A DNA stretch of 64,000 nt, taken from positions 2,122,793 through 2,186,792 of the forward strand of contig OY781043.1 of assembly GCA_963676165.1 (NCBI GenBank), read 5' to 3'. The notes beneath the pieces were generated by a model, which searched no databases, was not told the DNA's origin, and saw only the letters and a program-made list of their open reading frames with translations. Position numbers and translations under genes: made by a program. Positions 18,701-28,064 of this stretch are shown piece by piece (position 1 is the first letter of the stretch; the number at the start of each line of letters is the position of its first letter). This DNA is from Bacteroidales bacterium. GTDB lineage: Bacteria; Bacteroidota; Bacteroidia; Bacteroidales; ML635J-15.

Positions 18701-21008
18701 AGGTGGAGTTTTACAGATAGGCTCGGACGTTTCACCAGTTGGAACGAACACATACAGCATTGCAGGTCCAGCTCCTTCCATTGAACTATACTCAAATGGT
18801 TCAACTATTGCATCCAACGCCATTTTGTGGGATAACGTTCAATGCTACGGGAATCTTATTATTCCTGAATACTGTGGACTTTCTATTTACGACCAAGATC
18901 ACAGTGACACACCTTATACATTCTCAATTACCGGAAATATCAACCATGAAGGAGACCTCTATGCAGAAGTAGAAAATTCAAAAATCCTTTTTAATGGATC
19001 ATCTCTCCAAACTTTCCATACTACAGGTGCATACAGCGATGTTTCTGGAGAAGCAGGAATTTCTATTCTGGAAGTTGATAATTCTGCAGGGGTACAATTA
19101 ACAGGCCTCAGCACTGCAGTAACTAAAAACATGATTAAAACAAACGGAACTTTTCATATTGGAGACTGCTCACTGGGCTTATCAGGTATTGTCACTCGGA
19201 CAAATGGTTTCCTTGGAGGCAATAGCAATTCGGAATTATACATCACTGGTGACGGAACCCTTGGCAACTTGTTTTTCGATCCAAATTCAGACCAACTGAA
19301 TCTTCTGGAACTTGACAGACAAAACACAGGAATCATAAATCTTGCGACCGACCTCAATATTGCAGGCTCTATACATTTTATCAATGGTACATTATACACG
19401 TATCAGGATAATGACATCAATAACGAAAGCGACACCATATACTTAGCATCTGATGCTGAACTTATTGACGAAAGCAACAACTCCTATTTATACGGCGCAG
19501 TATCCATAAGCAATTCCACTTTCCCTCAAACAGAATTAAGCGGTCCTGAAACATTTGACACTGACATCCTAGTTCATGGAGCATCTGCAGCAACAACTGT
19601 ATGGTTTGCCCCTGACTCCAACGATCCAATAGCTCACGAAACGAGTGGTGGTTGCACGGGAGGACGTATTGGATACACAGGAAGCTGGAACAATTACTGG
19701 GGGAATTTTGTACGACTCCCAGAGACAGATTGCAGTACTTACGATCAGCTAAGCCTTACGTTTGACGTGTCTCACTCCTATTTCGCATCACAAACGGATG
19801 ATTGGATGCGCTTTTATATGTGGGCAGATGGTGGATATGAACACAATCTTGTCTCAGTAAAAATTGATGGCGTAGATGTAACATACGATTCAGGAATGAA
19901 TGGTAAAGGGTTTCAATATACCGAAAGCCGCGACTGTGCCTCTGTCGAAGTGATTTTTGACATTTCAGCAATTACTGACAAAACCAATATTTTACTGTAT
20001 TTGGAAGCATCTTGCAACTCCAATAATGGAAATGAATTTTATACCTATTTCGATAACATTTCTGTGAGTGGAATACAGACAGGAACAGTAAGTCCTGATT
20101 TTGGTAATGTATGGGCCATCATGAACAACCTAAATGAAGATCTCGGTGATATTACTGTAACCCGTATCACTGGAGCTGATGGTCAAATGAGCATTGCAGA
20201 TGTTACATCCATCGATTGCCATTGGGATATTCAAACAGAAAACCCACCAACCTCTCCTGTCAGTATGGATTTTAAATGGCTGGATTTATTTGATAATGGA
20301 TTATCAACATCTGGAATGATTGTTTACACATTACACGAGCCAAATCCTTGGGAAACCGTTGGAACAGAAACCACAGTATCTGGAAATCCACGTAGCATTT
20401 CTGCAGATGCAAGCCACTTTTCAAAATGGACAGTTGCAGTAAAAAACACAGTGCTACCTGTTGAATTACTTTATTTTGAGACATATTGCAAAGCTCAAAC
20501 CAAAACGTTTCAATGGGCAACTGCAAGTGAACATAATGCAGACTATTTCGAAATTTTAGAATCAGAAAACGGGAAAGAATACACATCCATTTTCAAAACT
20601 ACAGCAGCTGGATACTCTTCCACACAAACTGATTACTCATTTGAGATTACCAATGCTAAACAAAATGCATATTATCGACTTCTTCAAGTTGACTTTGACG
20701 GAACGGAATCAATCATAGCAGAAACTTATAATTCCTGCGAGGAATCCTTACCTGAACAGAGCTTCTCTGTCTATCCTAATCCATTTGATGGTCAAAACAT
20801 AAACATCCTAGCGCTGCGACAAGAAGAGAATGTGATTATCAACCTATTAGATTCAAGCGGAAGACTCATTCAGCAATTTGAAACACACCTTTTTGAAGGA
20901 AACAATTCCATACAACTTCCTGACTGTATGGATGTAGGAATGTATATTATGAACATTCAATCAAACACTCATAATCTAAACCAAAACATCCAAATTATTG
21001 TGCAATGA
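15735..21008 (+). CDS. 1757-aa multidomain T9SS type A cargo (WapA/Rhs-N-like domain, DNRLRE-like, FN3, beta-helix, lectin-like, CTD)
   Basis: Signal peptide; KRDRTSKHFKNPDGS...FPIVIDPT; PKLTITY; YDVYFGT...TYYWKVVPKN (FN3); LPVELLYF followed by VYPNPF CTD. Confidence 0.75.
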   Translation: MKMKLTFSLAFCLIASIVFSQSQTTSERLRINHSENGAVRGNNKSQRSKVTIDTDISDTFEADAIFASRKPEEELVGKRDRTSKHFKNPDGSIEAFLSTGSINYQENGRWHTIELTITPNNTGKFAEFEFANTKNAFKSFYGQSPENGIKTIVENEEITEWQNKKIEFYDADMNLISSIQSENSEIRINHVKASYPNLFPYTEAQITQLHDGRKIDYEISSAEFVNLIPENAVYIAISEDISLPAGWTAKYYIDEQNENQKESQQRISILTNRKEEILQYQPPVYFEKDNQRGKDDPIGEYMIAQNGQLLTIKTLVDVNWIKDEERNFPIVIDPTVSMYPNNTANWTGAVENDGYDLSDQHIYIGKDGSYWMASWSRFNMSSIDDDAIVSSVSISTVRGADNNYNYLTCQMTSVTLDPLFNSGTQGLYNNINNGTVLLTTSQYETGTSTYNNNLTSIGNNDLMSALSSGRDWYSVGFRTSLAADNNYVICYGHSSGTNSPKLTITYTTPSNPPTCTTPIMPADGFGSHSPADPLTWNTVAGATSYDVYFGTSSNPPLVTNVTTTTYSPSLADNTTYYWKVVPKNAYGEPTGCAVWEFTTGTGPQSGDYRSRYMDGANRMWSIASNWQIYNGSAWVTASIPPDGSTINVLIRDNSKMIIDGDYETNELRIEGLLQFYWGDGATNNTAKTFTVNGDILLTGDADFQTNAAYDANRNFVHLLIAKKNIYNNANSDHGMLLNDYPEISYWSYVQVRFKGSGNAEWSGTGENDIGGLSILKDNPTDVVIIKPNQLLGWGSTNLDGNGFFMYDVIDHVGILKIGGTFSMTTRFGIQSTNTSADDTRQFPQLSSVNSGSDFTLHIDNPNFGISGYSAVECYGNLQITQGTMNVGDNMADYIEFGDGASLTIDGGDLSCTGAIAYLGTGTFNLNLSDGRIRAGYLGNSNSNIVGWFDIRNNANVTISGGEIHLINVEYTTSLDFPMYNMAASNVTITGGVLQIGSDVSPVGTNTYSIAGPAPSIELYSNGSTIASNAILWDNVQCYGNLIIPEYCGLSIYDQDHSDTPYTFSITGNINHEGDLYAEVENSKILFNGSSLQTFHTTGAYSDVSGEAGISILEVDNSAGVQLTGLSTAVTKNMIKTNGTFHIGDCSLGLSGIVTRTNGFLGGNSNSELYITGDGTLGNLFFDPNSDQLNLLELDRQNTGIINLATDLNIAGSIHFINGTLYTYQDNDINNESDTIYLASDAELIDESNNSYLYGAVSISNSTFPQTELSGPETFDTDILVHGASAATTVWFAPDSNDPIAHETSGGCTGGRIGYTGSWNNYWGNFVRLPETDCSTYDQLSLTFDVSHSYFASQTDDWMRFYMWADGGYEHNLVSVKIDGVDVTYDSGMNGKGFQYTESRDCASVEVIFDISAITDKTNILLYLEASCNSNNGNEFYTYFDNISVSGIQTGTVSPDFGNVWAIMNNLNEDLGDITVTRITGADGQMSIADVTSIDCHWDIQTENPPTSPVSMDFKWLDLFDNGLSTSGMIVYTLHEPNPWETVGTETTVSGNPRSISADASHFSKWTVAVKNTVLPVELLYFETYCKAQTKTFQWATASEHNADYFEILESENGKEYTSIFKTTAAGYSSTQTDYSFEITNAKQNAYYRLLQVDFDGTESIIAETYNSCEESLPEQSFSVYPNPFDGQNINILALRQEENVIINLLDSSGRLIQQFETHLFEGNNSIQLPDCMDVGMYIMNIQSNTHNLNQNIQIIVQ

Positions 21009-23251
21009 TAAAACAGCTTTTCATATGGCTCCTATTTCTATGTCTTGCTTTCACAGGCACAGCACAAACCGTGCTATTTAGTGAGAATTTTGGAACATCT
21101 TTTCAAGACATCTATTCGGGAACTAATTGGGAATGCAAACATACTTCTGCATCATCATACAACACTAGCGGTGGAGTATGTGCTTCATCAGGAGATTATA
21201 ATTATTACCTGAGTGGATATGATGTTTATATTACAACAAAACAAATTACCCTTGGGGCTAGTGGAAATCAACTAAGTTTTGATTATTCATTTGATTACTA
21301 CTCATTTTCCAGTCCTGAAGTTCGAGTTCTAACAGGCTCCTGCGGAAACTCAGGCACAGACATTACCAGCGGCACATTAGTAAGCTCCATATGCGATAAT
21401 GTCTCTTTCAGTTTAGATACTTATGCCAACCAAACCATACGCCTTGTTTTTTATTCGAATACCGGCAGTGAGTCATTCTATTTTGACAATGTCATTGTAT
21501 CCACAGGCAACGGAGGTGGTGGAGGTACATCCACAGATGTAAAATGGGCAGATACTTTTGCAGATGGAGATACTGATCTTGATTTCACAGGAAACGATGG
21601 TGATGAGGATTGCTCTGGAGCAGTATGGAGCCTTGTTGATGGAGCCTCCATCTCAAATTCCGGATCAAATACTGTAAACCGTAATGAAACAGAAGCCTTT
21701 AACACAACAACTGATGACAATTCGGGCTATGCTGTTTTGCTTGATAAAAATGAATCACTGGAATCTCCTACGATAGATATCAGCGCCCAAGAAAGTTTTA
21801 AAATCAGCTACTACGCTATGAAACAAGGAGGATCAGCAAACTGGAACTCATGGACAAAACTCTACCTTGAGTACTGGGATGGTTCCGACTGGCAAACACT
21901 TCAAACAATTAAAAATTCTGCTACTGCAACAAGCTCAGAAAATGATTATTTCATCGAAAGTGGCTTTGGATACCATTGTTTTACTGTTTATAAAAGCAGC
22001 ACTAGCCCGGGAAATTACTACTATTCTTCAGGCAATCATGTGAATAGCGCATGTTTTCATAATGATTTTAAATTAAGATGGCGTCTTGATGAATTTATGA
22101 GCAGCGACTACCCTCAACTTTATATTGACAACATTACTTTCCGTGCGGATAATGATGGTGAATCTTGCATTCCTTGTGGTTTATCGTATTGGAATGGTCC
22201 GAATGCCACACATTATGGAAAAGACCCTGAAGCAACACCAACAAATCATGCACCTCGGGGTGTGGAAGTTGAAACAGACGAATTATTTAGCGGAATGAAA
22301 GGCACACCGGACTGGACAGGTCATTTTAACGATGGCAATACAGGAGGAAATGATTTATATGAAATCATGTGGGCAGTTGTATCGGAACAGAAAATATCCA
22401 CAACATACGCGAAAGTCAACTTCACCTACCCGGATGGCACATTACCACAAAATAAAACAATGAGTTTGGATGATGCATACACTGGTCCTGGATATTTGTA
22501 TTATTACAAAGAATTTGCAGATTGTGACGGCAGCTCGGCAGGTAGCTTCAATACCGGTTCTGGTATTATCTATCACTTCTATTTTCAGTACGGAAATGAC
22601 TTTAGACCTGTTTACACTCACCTGAATTCTTCAGGGATAGAAATGGGTGGTGGTGCAACAGATTTGTCAGAAGGAATGAATCCTGAAATTTGCAATTCAA
22701 CCTTACCAGTTAATTTACTCAATTTCGATATTGCATGCAAAAACAACCAATTGATGTTCAATTGGTCAACCGCAAATGAGAAAAATGCAGATTACTTTAT
22801 CATTTACGAAATCGATAAAAATCAGCACTCACAACAAATTGCACAAATCGACGCAGTAGGAAACACATGCTTCCAATCTGATTATCAATACATTCACGAG
22901 GCACAAAATCAAGATCTAAGCTATTACCAGCTCATTCAGGTTGACATCAATGGAGAAAGTCATGCCTATGACATTGCTGCAGCTCACTGCGATGATTTTG
23001 AAGACTTTCATTTAGAATTATACCCAAATCCAATAATAAACAATGAAATTATTTTGCATTCGGATCAAAATATTCCAAATATAAACATAGAATTATTAAC
23101 TTTACAAGGACAATGTATTGATTTATTTTCAATAAATCTGATACAAGGGATAAATAGAATTGAACCAAACAAACAATTAAAGGAAGGAACATATCTGATT
23201 TCTATTCGTGGAAATCAATTATGTAAGAATCTTAAATTAATGGTTAGGTAG
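21005..23251 (+). CDS. T9SS type A cargo protein with jelly-roll/adhesin-like domains
   Basis: ATGA overlap with the previous gene; signal peptide; FSENF...FYFDNV modules; LPVNLLNF followed by LYPNP CTD. Confidence 0.75.
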   Translation: MIKQLFIWLLFLCLAFTGTAQTVLFSENFGTSFQDIYSGTNWECKHTSASSYNTSGGVCASSGDYNYYLSGYDVYITTKQITLGASGNQLSFDYSFDYYSFSSPEVRVLTGSCGNSGTDITSGTLVSSICDNVSFSLDTYANQTIRLVFYSNTGSESFYFDNVIVSTGNGGGGGTSTDVKWADTFADGDTDLDFTGNDGDEDCSGAVWSLVDGASISNSGSNTVNRNETEAFNTTTDDNSGYAVLLDKNESLESPTIDISAQESFKISYYAMKQGGSANWNSWTKLYLEYWDGSDWQTLQTIKNSATATSSENDYFIESGFGYHCFTVYKSSTSPGNYYYSSGNHVNSACFHNDFKLRWRLDEFMSSDYPQLYIDNITFRADNDGESCIPCGLSYWNGPNATHYGKDPEATPTNHAPRGVEVETDELFSGMKGTPDWTGHFNDGNTGGNDLYEIMWAVVSEQKISTTYAKVNFTYPDGTLPQNKTMSLDDAYTGPGYLYYYKEFADCDGSSAGSFNTGSGIIYHFYFQYGNDFRPVYTHLNSSGIEMGGGATDLSEGMNPEICNSTLPVNLLNFDIACKNNQLMFNWSTANEKNADYFIIYEIDKNQHSQQIAQIDAVGNTCFQSDYQYIHEAQNQDLSYYQLIQVDINGESHAYDIAAAHCDDFEDFHLELYPNPIINNEIILHSDQNIPNINIELLTLQGQCIDLFSINLIQGINRIEPNKQLKEGTYLISIRGNQLCKNLKLMVR

Positions 23252-23264
23252 AGGGAAATAGCAT

Positions 23265-26200
23265 ATGAGACAAACAATGAAAATTTTACGATGGGGACTT
23301 TGGGCGGCATTACTGCTTAACACAACAAATCTTAACGCTCAGCTATTCTACAACAACGGCGCAAGTATTTATGCTTCAGAAGGCTCACTTATTTTTGTCG
23401 ATGGGATTGTCCAAAATCAAAGTGGGACAATTGATGTTGATGAAAATGCAGGAACGAATGGAGAATTCATCATCCAGGACAATTTCATTAACAACTCAAC
23501 TGCTGGAGGAAATGGATATTACAGAGTTTTAGGAGACTGGATAAACAACAACACTTTTAATGCAGGAACTGGCACAGTATTTCTCGAAGGTGGAAATCAA
23601 TTACTTGATGGCTCAGTATCAACCTCTTTTTACAATCTAACACTTGATGGCAGTGGTCTCAAAACACAAACAATCGATCAGTTTTGCACTGGCATTTTAG
23701 ATTTAAAAGACCTGGAACTTCAAAATGAAATCTATGGATTTTACGTACAAAATACTGACGTAAATGCAATTATACGCACAACTGGGTTTGTCTCTGCTTT
23801 GGATGGGGGTTTCCTTTCCAGACAAACAAATTCAACATTAAATTACCTATTTCCCGTAGGCTCAAGTGTTGGAACATTGCGTTATCGTCCCGTTAAATTA
23901 ACACCACAAAGTGCGAATGCTAACACCTATACCGTTCGAATGGCAAATGTATTAGCTACTACGGAAGGATACGACGTCAATGCCTTACCACCAAAAATCT
24001 GCGAAGTTAATCCCGATTTTTATCACCAAATTAACCGTACAATAGGGTCAGACGCTGCGGATATCAATATTTCCTATAATGAAACCGAAGATGGGTCTTG
24101 GGACGGTTTATCAAACTGGACAACTGCTCCGGATTTATGGGATATTATTCTGAGTACTGTTATTACCCCCGGAAGCCCGTTTAATGAGGCTTTTGTACCA
24201 AGCTGGAACACCTTTGTTGAATTGCCGTACATCCTTTATCGTGAACAAGCAGATGCTACAATTACTGCCCCTGGAGATTTCTGTGTTACTGATGCTGCCA
24301 TTAACCTAAATGCAGCTGATGCTGGCGGAACATGGACAGGTACAGGAATTACTGATGCCGCCAATGGAACCTTCGACCCTTCAACTGCTGGTAGTGGAAC
24401 ACATACAATTACCTATGATGTTGGCACAGGAACATGTGGAAATACAGATCAAATTACCATTAATGTCAACCCTATCCCTGATGCAACAATTACCGATCCC
24501 GGTAATTTCTGTGCAAATGATGCAGCCTTAAATCTCTCAGCAGCAACTTCTGGTGGAACTTGGTCAGGGAATGGAATAACTGATGCCATCAATGGAACAT
24601 TTGATCCTACAGTTGCAGGAACAGGAACTCACACCATAACTTATGATGTCAATCTTAGTGGTTGTAGCAATACTGACAACATTTCAATCATAGTCAATTC
24701 ATTGCCAAACACCCCAACCGTTTCAACAGATTGTTCTGGTGGTTCTGACGCTGGAATAATAGATGTCACAAGTCCAATTGGTGCAAATTACGAATACAGC
24801 ATTGATGGAACATACCAATTAAACACCAGCTTCGGCCCTTTATTGAATGGAAATTACACTGTCACAGTCATGGATATAAGCACAGGATGTACCGCCAGTA
24901 GTTCGGTCATTGCACTTAATTGTGGATGTGCGAACCCAACAAGCTTAAATCTTAGCTCAACAGCTGACAACACTTGTATCGAATCTACATATAGCCTTAA
25001 TGGCAATACGTTTGGAGGCAGTGCAACAGAAGTTAATCTGGCACACGATGGAAACGGTTCATTGAGTGCAACAAATTTTACAAGTTCACCTTTTAGCTTT
25101 ACTTACACACCTGATCCTGCTGATGCCGGCAACCTTATCACAATCACAGTGACAACAGATAATCCATTAGGAGCACCTTGTACCATCTCACAGGAAACCT
25201 TCTCATTGACAGTTCGAAACATTCCTAGCATTAGCTTGAACAGCAACTCGCCAGTATGCGAAGGAAGTGACCTCGAACTCACAGAAAACGGAGGAGCTGC
25301 TAACAATTGGAATTGGACTGGTCCAAATGCTTTTAGCTCAACCTTACAAAACCCTACTATTTCTGGAGCAACAAGCCTAGATGCAGGAAATTACTCACTA
25401 ACTATCAGTGACATTTATGGATGTACAGCAAGCGACAACTTGAATGTAACAATTAACCCAAGTCCATCGGCGAATGCGGGTGGAGATTTTGATATCTGTG
25501 AAGGAAATAATATAAATCTTACTGAAACTGGTGGTGATGCAAACAGTTGGAGCTGGATCGGTCCAGACGGATTTACATCATCAAATCAAAACCCGACAAT
25601 TTCAGCTGCGGGAAATACAAATGCAGGCACTTACACTGTAGAAATCTCTGACTTGAATGGATGTACAGCATCAGATAATGTCATCGTAGGTATTTATTCT
25701 GCACCTTCTGTCAATGCCGGTTCTGATTTTGACATTTGTGAAGGAAATGACATAAATCTTACTGAAACTGGTGGCGATGCAAATAGTTGGAATTGGACTG
25801 GCCCTGACGGATTTACTTCCTCAAATCAGAATCCAACAATTACAGCAACAGGAAGTACAAATGCAGGCACTTATACTGTAGAAATCTCAGACATAAATGG
25901 TTGTACTTCAACAGATGATGTGATCATAGGCATTAACCCTACCCCAACTGCCAATGCCGGCGCAGACATTGATGTATGTGAAGGAGAAAACATCAACTTA
26001 ACTGAAACCGGTGGTGATGCAATTAGCTGGTCCTGGACAGGTCCAAACACCTTTGGGTCATTAACTCAAAATCCAACCATTAATAATGCAAGTGCAAGTG
26101 AAAATGGCATATACTCTGTGGAAATTACAGACGCCTATGGATGCACTGCAACCGATGATGTTTTGGTCTCTGTCAACCCAGCACCCGATGCAACAATCAC

Positions 26201-28043
26201 TGACCCGGGAGATTTCTGCTCGACTGATGCTGCAATGAATCTCTCTGCAGCAACTTCCGGTGGTACGTGGACAGGTAGCGGTATCACAGATGCTGTCAAC
26301 GGAACATTTGATCCTACCTCTGCAAACATTGGAAACAATAGTATTACTTACGAAGTCAGCGTAGGAGGATGTACAAGTTCAGACAACATCAACATCGAAA
26401 TCTTTGATTCTCCTAACGCAACAATTACAGATCCGGGAACGCTTTGCTCTAATGATGCTGCAATCAATTTAACAGCTGTCACTACTGGGGGAACTTGGTC
26501 TGGTACAGGAATTACCGATGCTGCTAATGGAACTTTCGATCCTAGCACTGTAACTCCGGGAATTTACACCATCACCTACAACGTGGGTACAGGTTCATGC
26601 ACAGACTCTGATCAAATTGACATCACTGTCAACCCAAATCCAGATGCAACAATCACTGACCCGGGAGATTTCTGCTCGACTGATGCTGCAATGAATCTCT
26701 CTGCAGCAACTTCCGGTGGAACCTGGACAGGTAGCGGTATTACAGATGCTGTCAACGGAACATTCGATCCTGCCTCTGCAAACATTGGAAACAATAGTAT
26801 TACTTACGAAGTCAGCGTAGGAGGATGTACAAGTTCAGACAACATCAACATCGAAGTCTTTGAGACTCCTGATGCCAGTATCAACGAGGTAGGAATGGTT
26901 TGCATTAGCGATGCAGCGTTTAATCTTACAGCAGCAAGTAGTGGAGGAATATGGGCTGGAACGGGAATCACAGACAATAACAATGGAACATTTAACCCAT
27001 CTGTTGCTGGAACAGGAACTCACATCATAACTTATCAAATAAACAATGGAAGTTGTTCTGCATCAGATCAAATAAGCATTGAAGTCGTCGAAAATCCAGA
27101 TGCAAGTATTATTCCAGCTGGACCTTTCTGTCACAACGACTCCCCTATCAACTTATCTGCAGTAACACCTGGTGGAACATGGACAGGAATAGGAATTATT
27201 GATACCAACAGTGGTTTATTCGATCCATCTCAAGCACAGGTTGGAGAAAATATTATCACATACACGGTATCAATTGGCAGCTGCTCTGCATCAGGTCAGT
27301 TCACAGTTCAAGTCATTGATGGTGGAAATGCAAGCATCACTCCTGTCGGACCGTTCTGCGATGGAGATTTCACAGTTCAACTTGAAGCAGTAAATTATGG
27401 TGGCTTATGGTCAGGCAGCTATGTGGATGATCTTGGTGTTTTTGATGTTGCAACAGCAATTCCTGGAACCTATTCTATTGTTTACACACTTGACGGTTTA
27501 TGTGGTGACAGTGATACAACAAGCATTACAATTTTCCCATCCAACTTTGTTGTTGATTATCAATTTCAGAAACCAACCTGTTTTGGAGGTGACAATGCAT
27601 GGGTCGAATTTACTGTACTTGGAGGAACTCCACCATACACTTGGTCATGGGGAAATTTTACCTCTGACACATCTTACATTACAGGATTAGGCGCAGGTCA
27701 TTATCAATTCACAATTACGGATATCAATGGTTGCGAAACAAACATTGAAACTATTAGCATTTATGATGGAAGCAGGGATTGTTTACGTATCCCCAATGCA
27801 TTTACCCCGAATGATGATGGTGTAAATGATAGCTGGGTAATTGAAAACCTAATCTATTACCCTGATGCCGTTGTTCAAATCTTTAATCGATGGGGACAAA
27901 AATTATATGAAGGTGGTGCGTTTGATGATCCTTGGGATGGCACCTATAATGGTAACCCTGTGCCAACAGGCAATTACATTTACGTTTTAGTTCCTTATAA
28001 TGATTTACAAGACGAGGTTGGGATTGTCACTTTAGTACGATAA
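23265..28043 (+). CDS. T9SS type B (gliding motility-associated C-terminal domain) adhesin with tandem Ig-like repeats
   Basis: C-terminal IPNAFTPNDDGVNDSW...IFNRWG...WDGTYNG; many GGTWxGxGI...FDP and WTGPxxFxS repeats. Confidence 0.9.
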   Translation: MRQTMKILRWGLWAALLLNTTNLNAQLFYNNGASIYASEGSLIFVDGIVQNQSGTIDVDENAGTNGEFIIQDNFINNSTAGGNGYYRVLGDWINNNTFNAGTGTVFLEGGNQLLDGSVSTSFYNLTLDGSGLKTQTIDQFCTGILDLKDLELQNEIYGFYVQNTDVNAIIRTTGFVSALDGGFLSRQTNSTLNYLFPVGSSVGTLRYRPVKLTPQSANANTYTVRMANVLATTEGYDVNALPPKICEVNPDFYHQINRTIGSDAADINISYNETEDGSWDGLSNWTTAPDLWDIILSTVITPGSPFNEAFVPSWNTFVELPYILYREQADATITAPGDFCVTDAAINLNAADAGGTWTGTGITDAANGTFDPSTAGSGTHTITYDVGTGTCGNTDQITINVNPIPDATITDPGNFCANDAALNLSAATSGGTWSGNGITDAINGTFDPTVAGTGTHTITYDVNLSGCSNTDNISIIVNSLPNTPTVSTDCSGGSDAGIIDVTSPIGANYEYSIDGTYQLNTSFGPLLNGNYTVTVMDISTGCTASSSVIALNCGCANPTSLNLSSTADNTCIESTYSLNGNTFGGSATEVNLAHDGNGSLSATNFTSSPFSFTYTPDPADAGNLITITVTTDNPLGAPCTISQETFSLTVRNIPSISLNSNSPVCEGSDLELTENGGAANNWNWTGPNAFSSTLQNPTISGATSLDAGNYSLTISDIYGCTASDNLNVTINPSPSANAGGDFDICEGNNINLTETGGDANSWSWIGPDGFTSSNQNPTISAAGNTNAGTYTVEISDLNGCTASDNVIVGIYSAPSVNAGSDFDICEGNDINLTETGGDANSWNWTGPDGFTSSNQNPTITATGSTNAGTYTVEISDINGCTSTDDVIIGINPTPTANAGADIDVCEGENINLTETGGDAISWSWTGPNTFGSLTQNPTINNASASENGIYSVEITDAYGCTATDDVLVSVNPAPDATITDPGDFCSTDAAMNLSAATSGGTWTGSGITDAVNGTFDPTSANIGNNSITYEVSVGGCTSSDNINIEIFDSPNATITDPGTLCSNDAAINLTAVTTGGTWSGTGITDAANGTFDPSTVTPGIYTITYNVGTGSCTDSDQIDITVNPNPDATITDPGDFCSTDAAMNLSAATSGGTWTGSGITDAVNGTFDPASANIGNNSITYEVSVGGCTSSDNINIEVFETPDASINEVGMVCISDAAFNLTAASSGGIWAGTGITDNNNGTFNPSVAGTGTHIITYQINNGSCSASDQISIEVVENPDASIIPAGPFCHNDSPINLSAVTPGGTWTGIGIIDTNSGLFDPSQAQVGENIITYTVSIGSCSASGQFTVQVIDGGNASITPVGPFCDGDFTVQLEAVNYGGLWSGSYVDDLGVFDVATAIPGTYSIVYTLDGLCGDSDTTSITIFPSNFVVDYQFQKPTCFGGDNAWVEFTVLGGTPPYTWSWGNFTSDTSYITGLGAGHYQFTITDINGCETNIETISIYDGSRDCLRIPNAFTPNDDGVNDSWVIENLIYYPDAVVQIFNRWGQKLYEGGAFDDPWDGTYNGNPVPTGNYIYVLVPYNDLQDEVGIVTLVR
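26187..26855 (+). repeat. Near-identical intragenic duplication (about 213 nt, offset 456 nt)
   Basis: 26187-26399 and 26643-26855 match at DNA level with only a few substitutions. Confidence 0.9.
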
Positions 28044-28064
28044 AAAATAAATTAAAAATAATTA

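Noticed and set aside
26187-26855. Template/variable repeat pair of a diversity-generating retroelement
   Set aside because: Both copies are in-frame stalk repeats of one gene, the differences are not adenine-specific, and there is no reverse transcriptase in the window.
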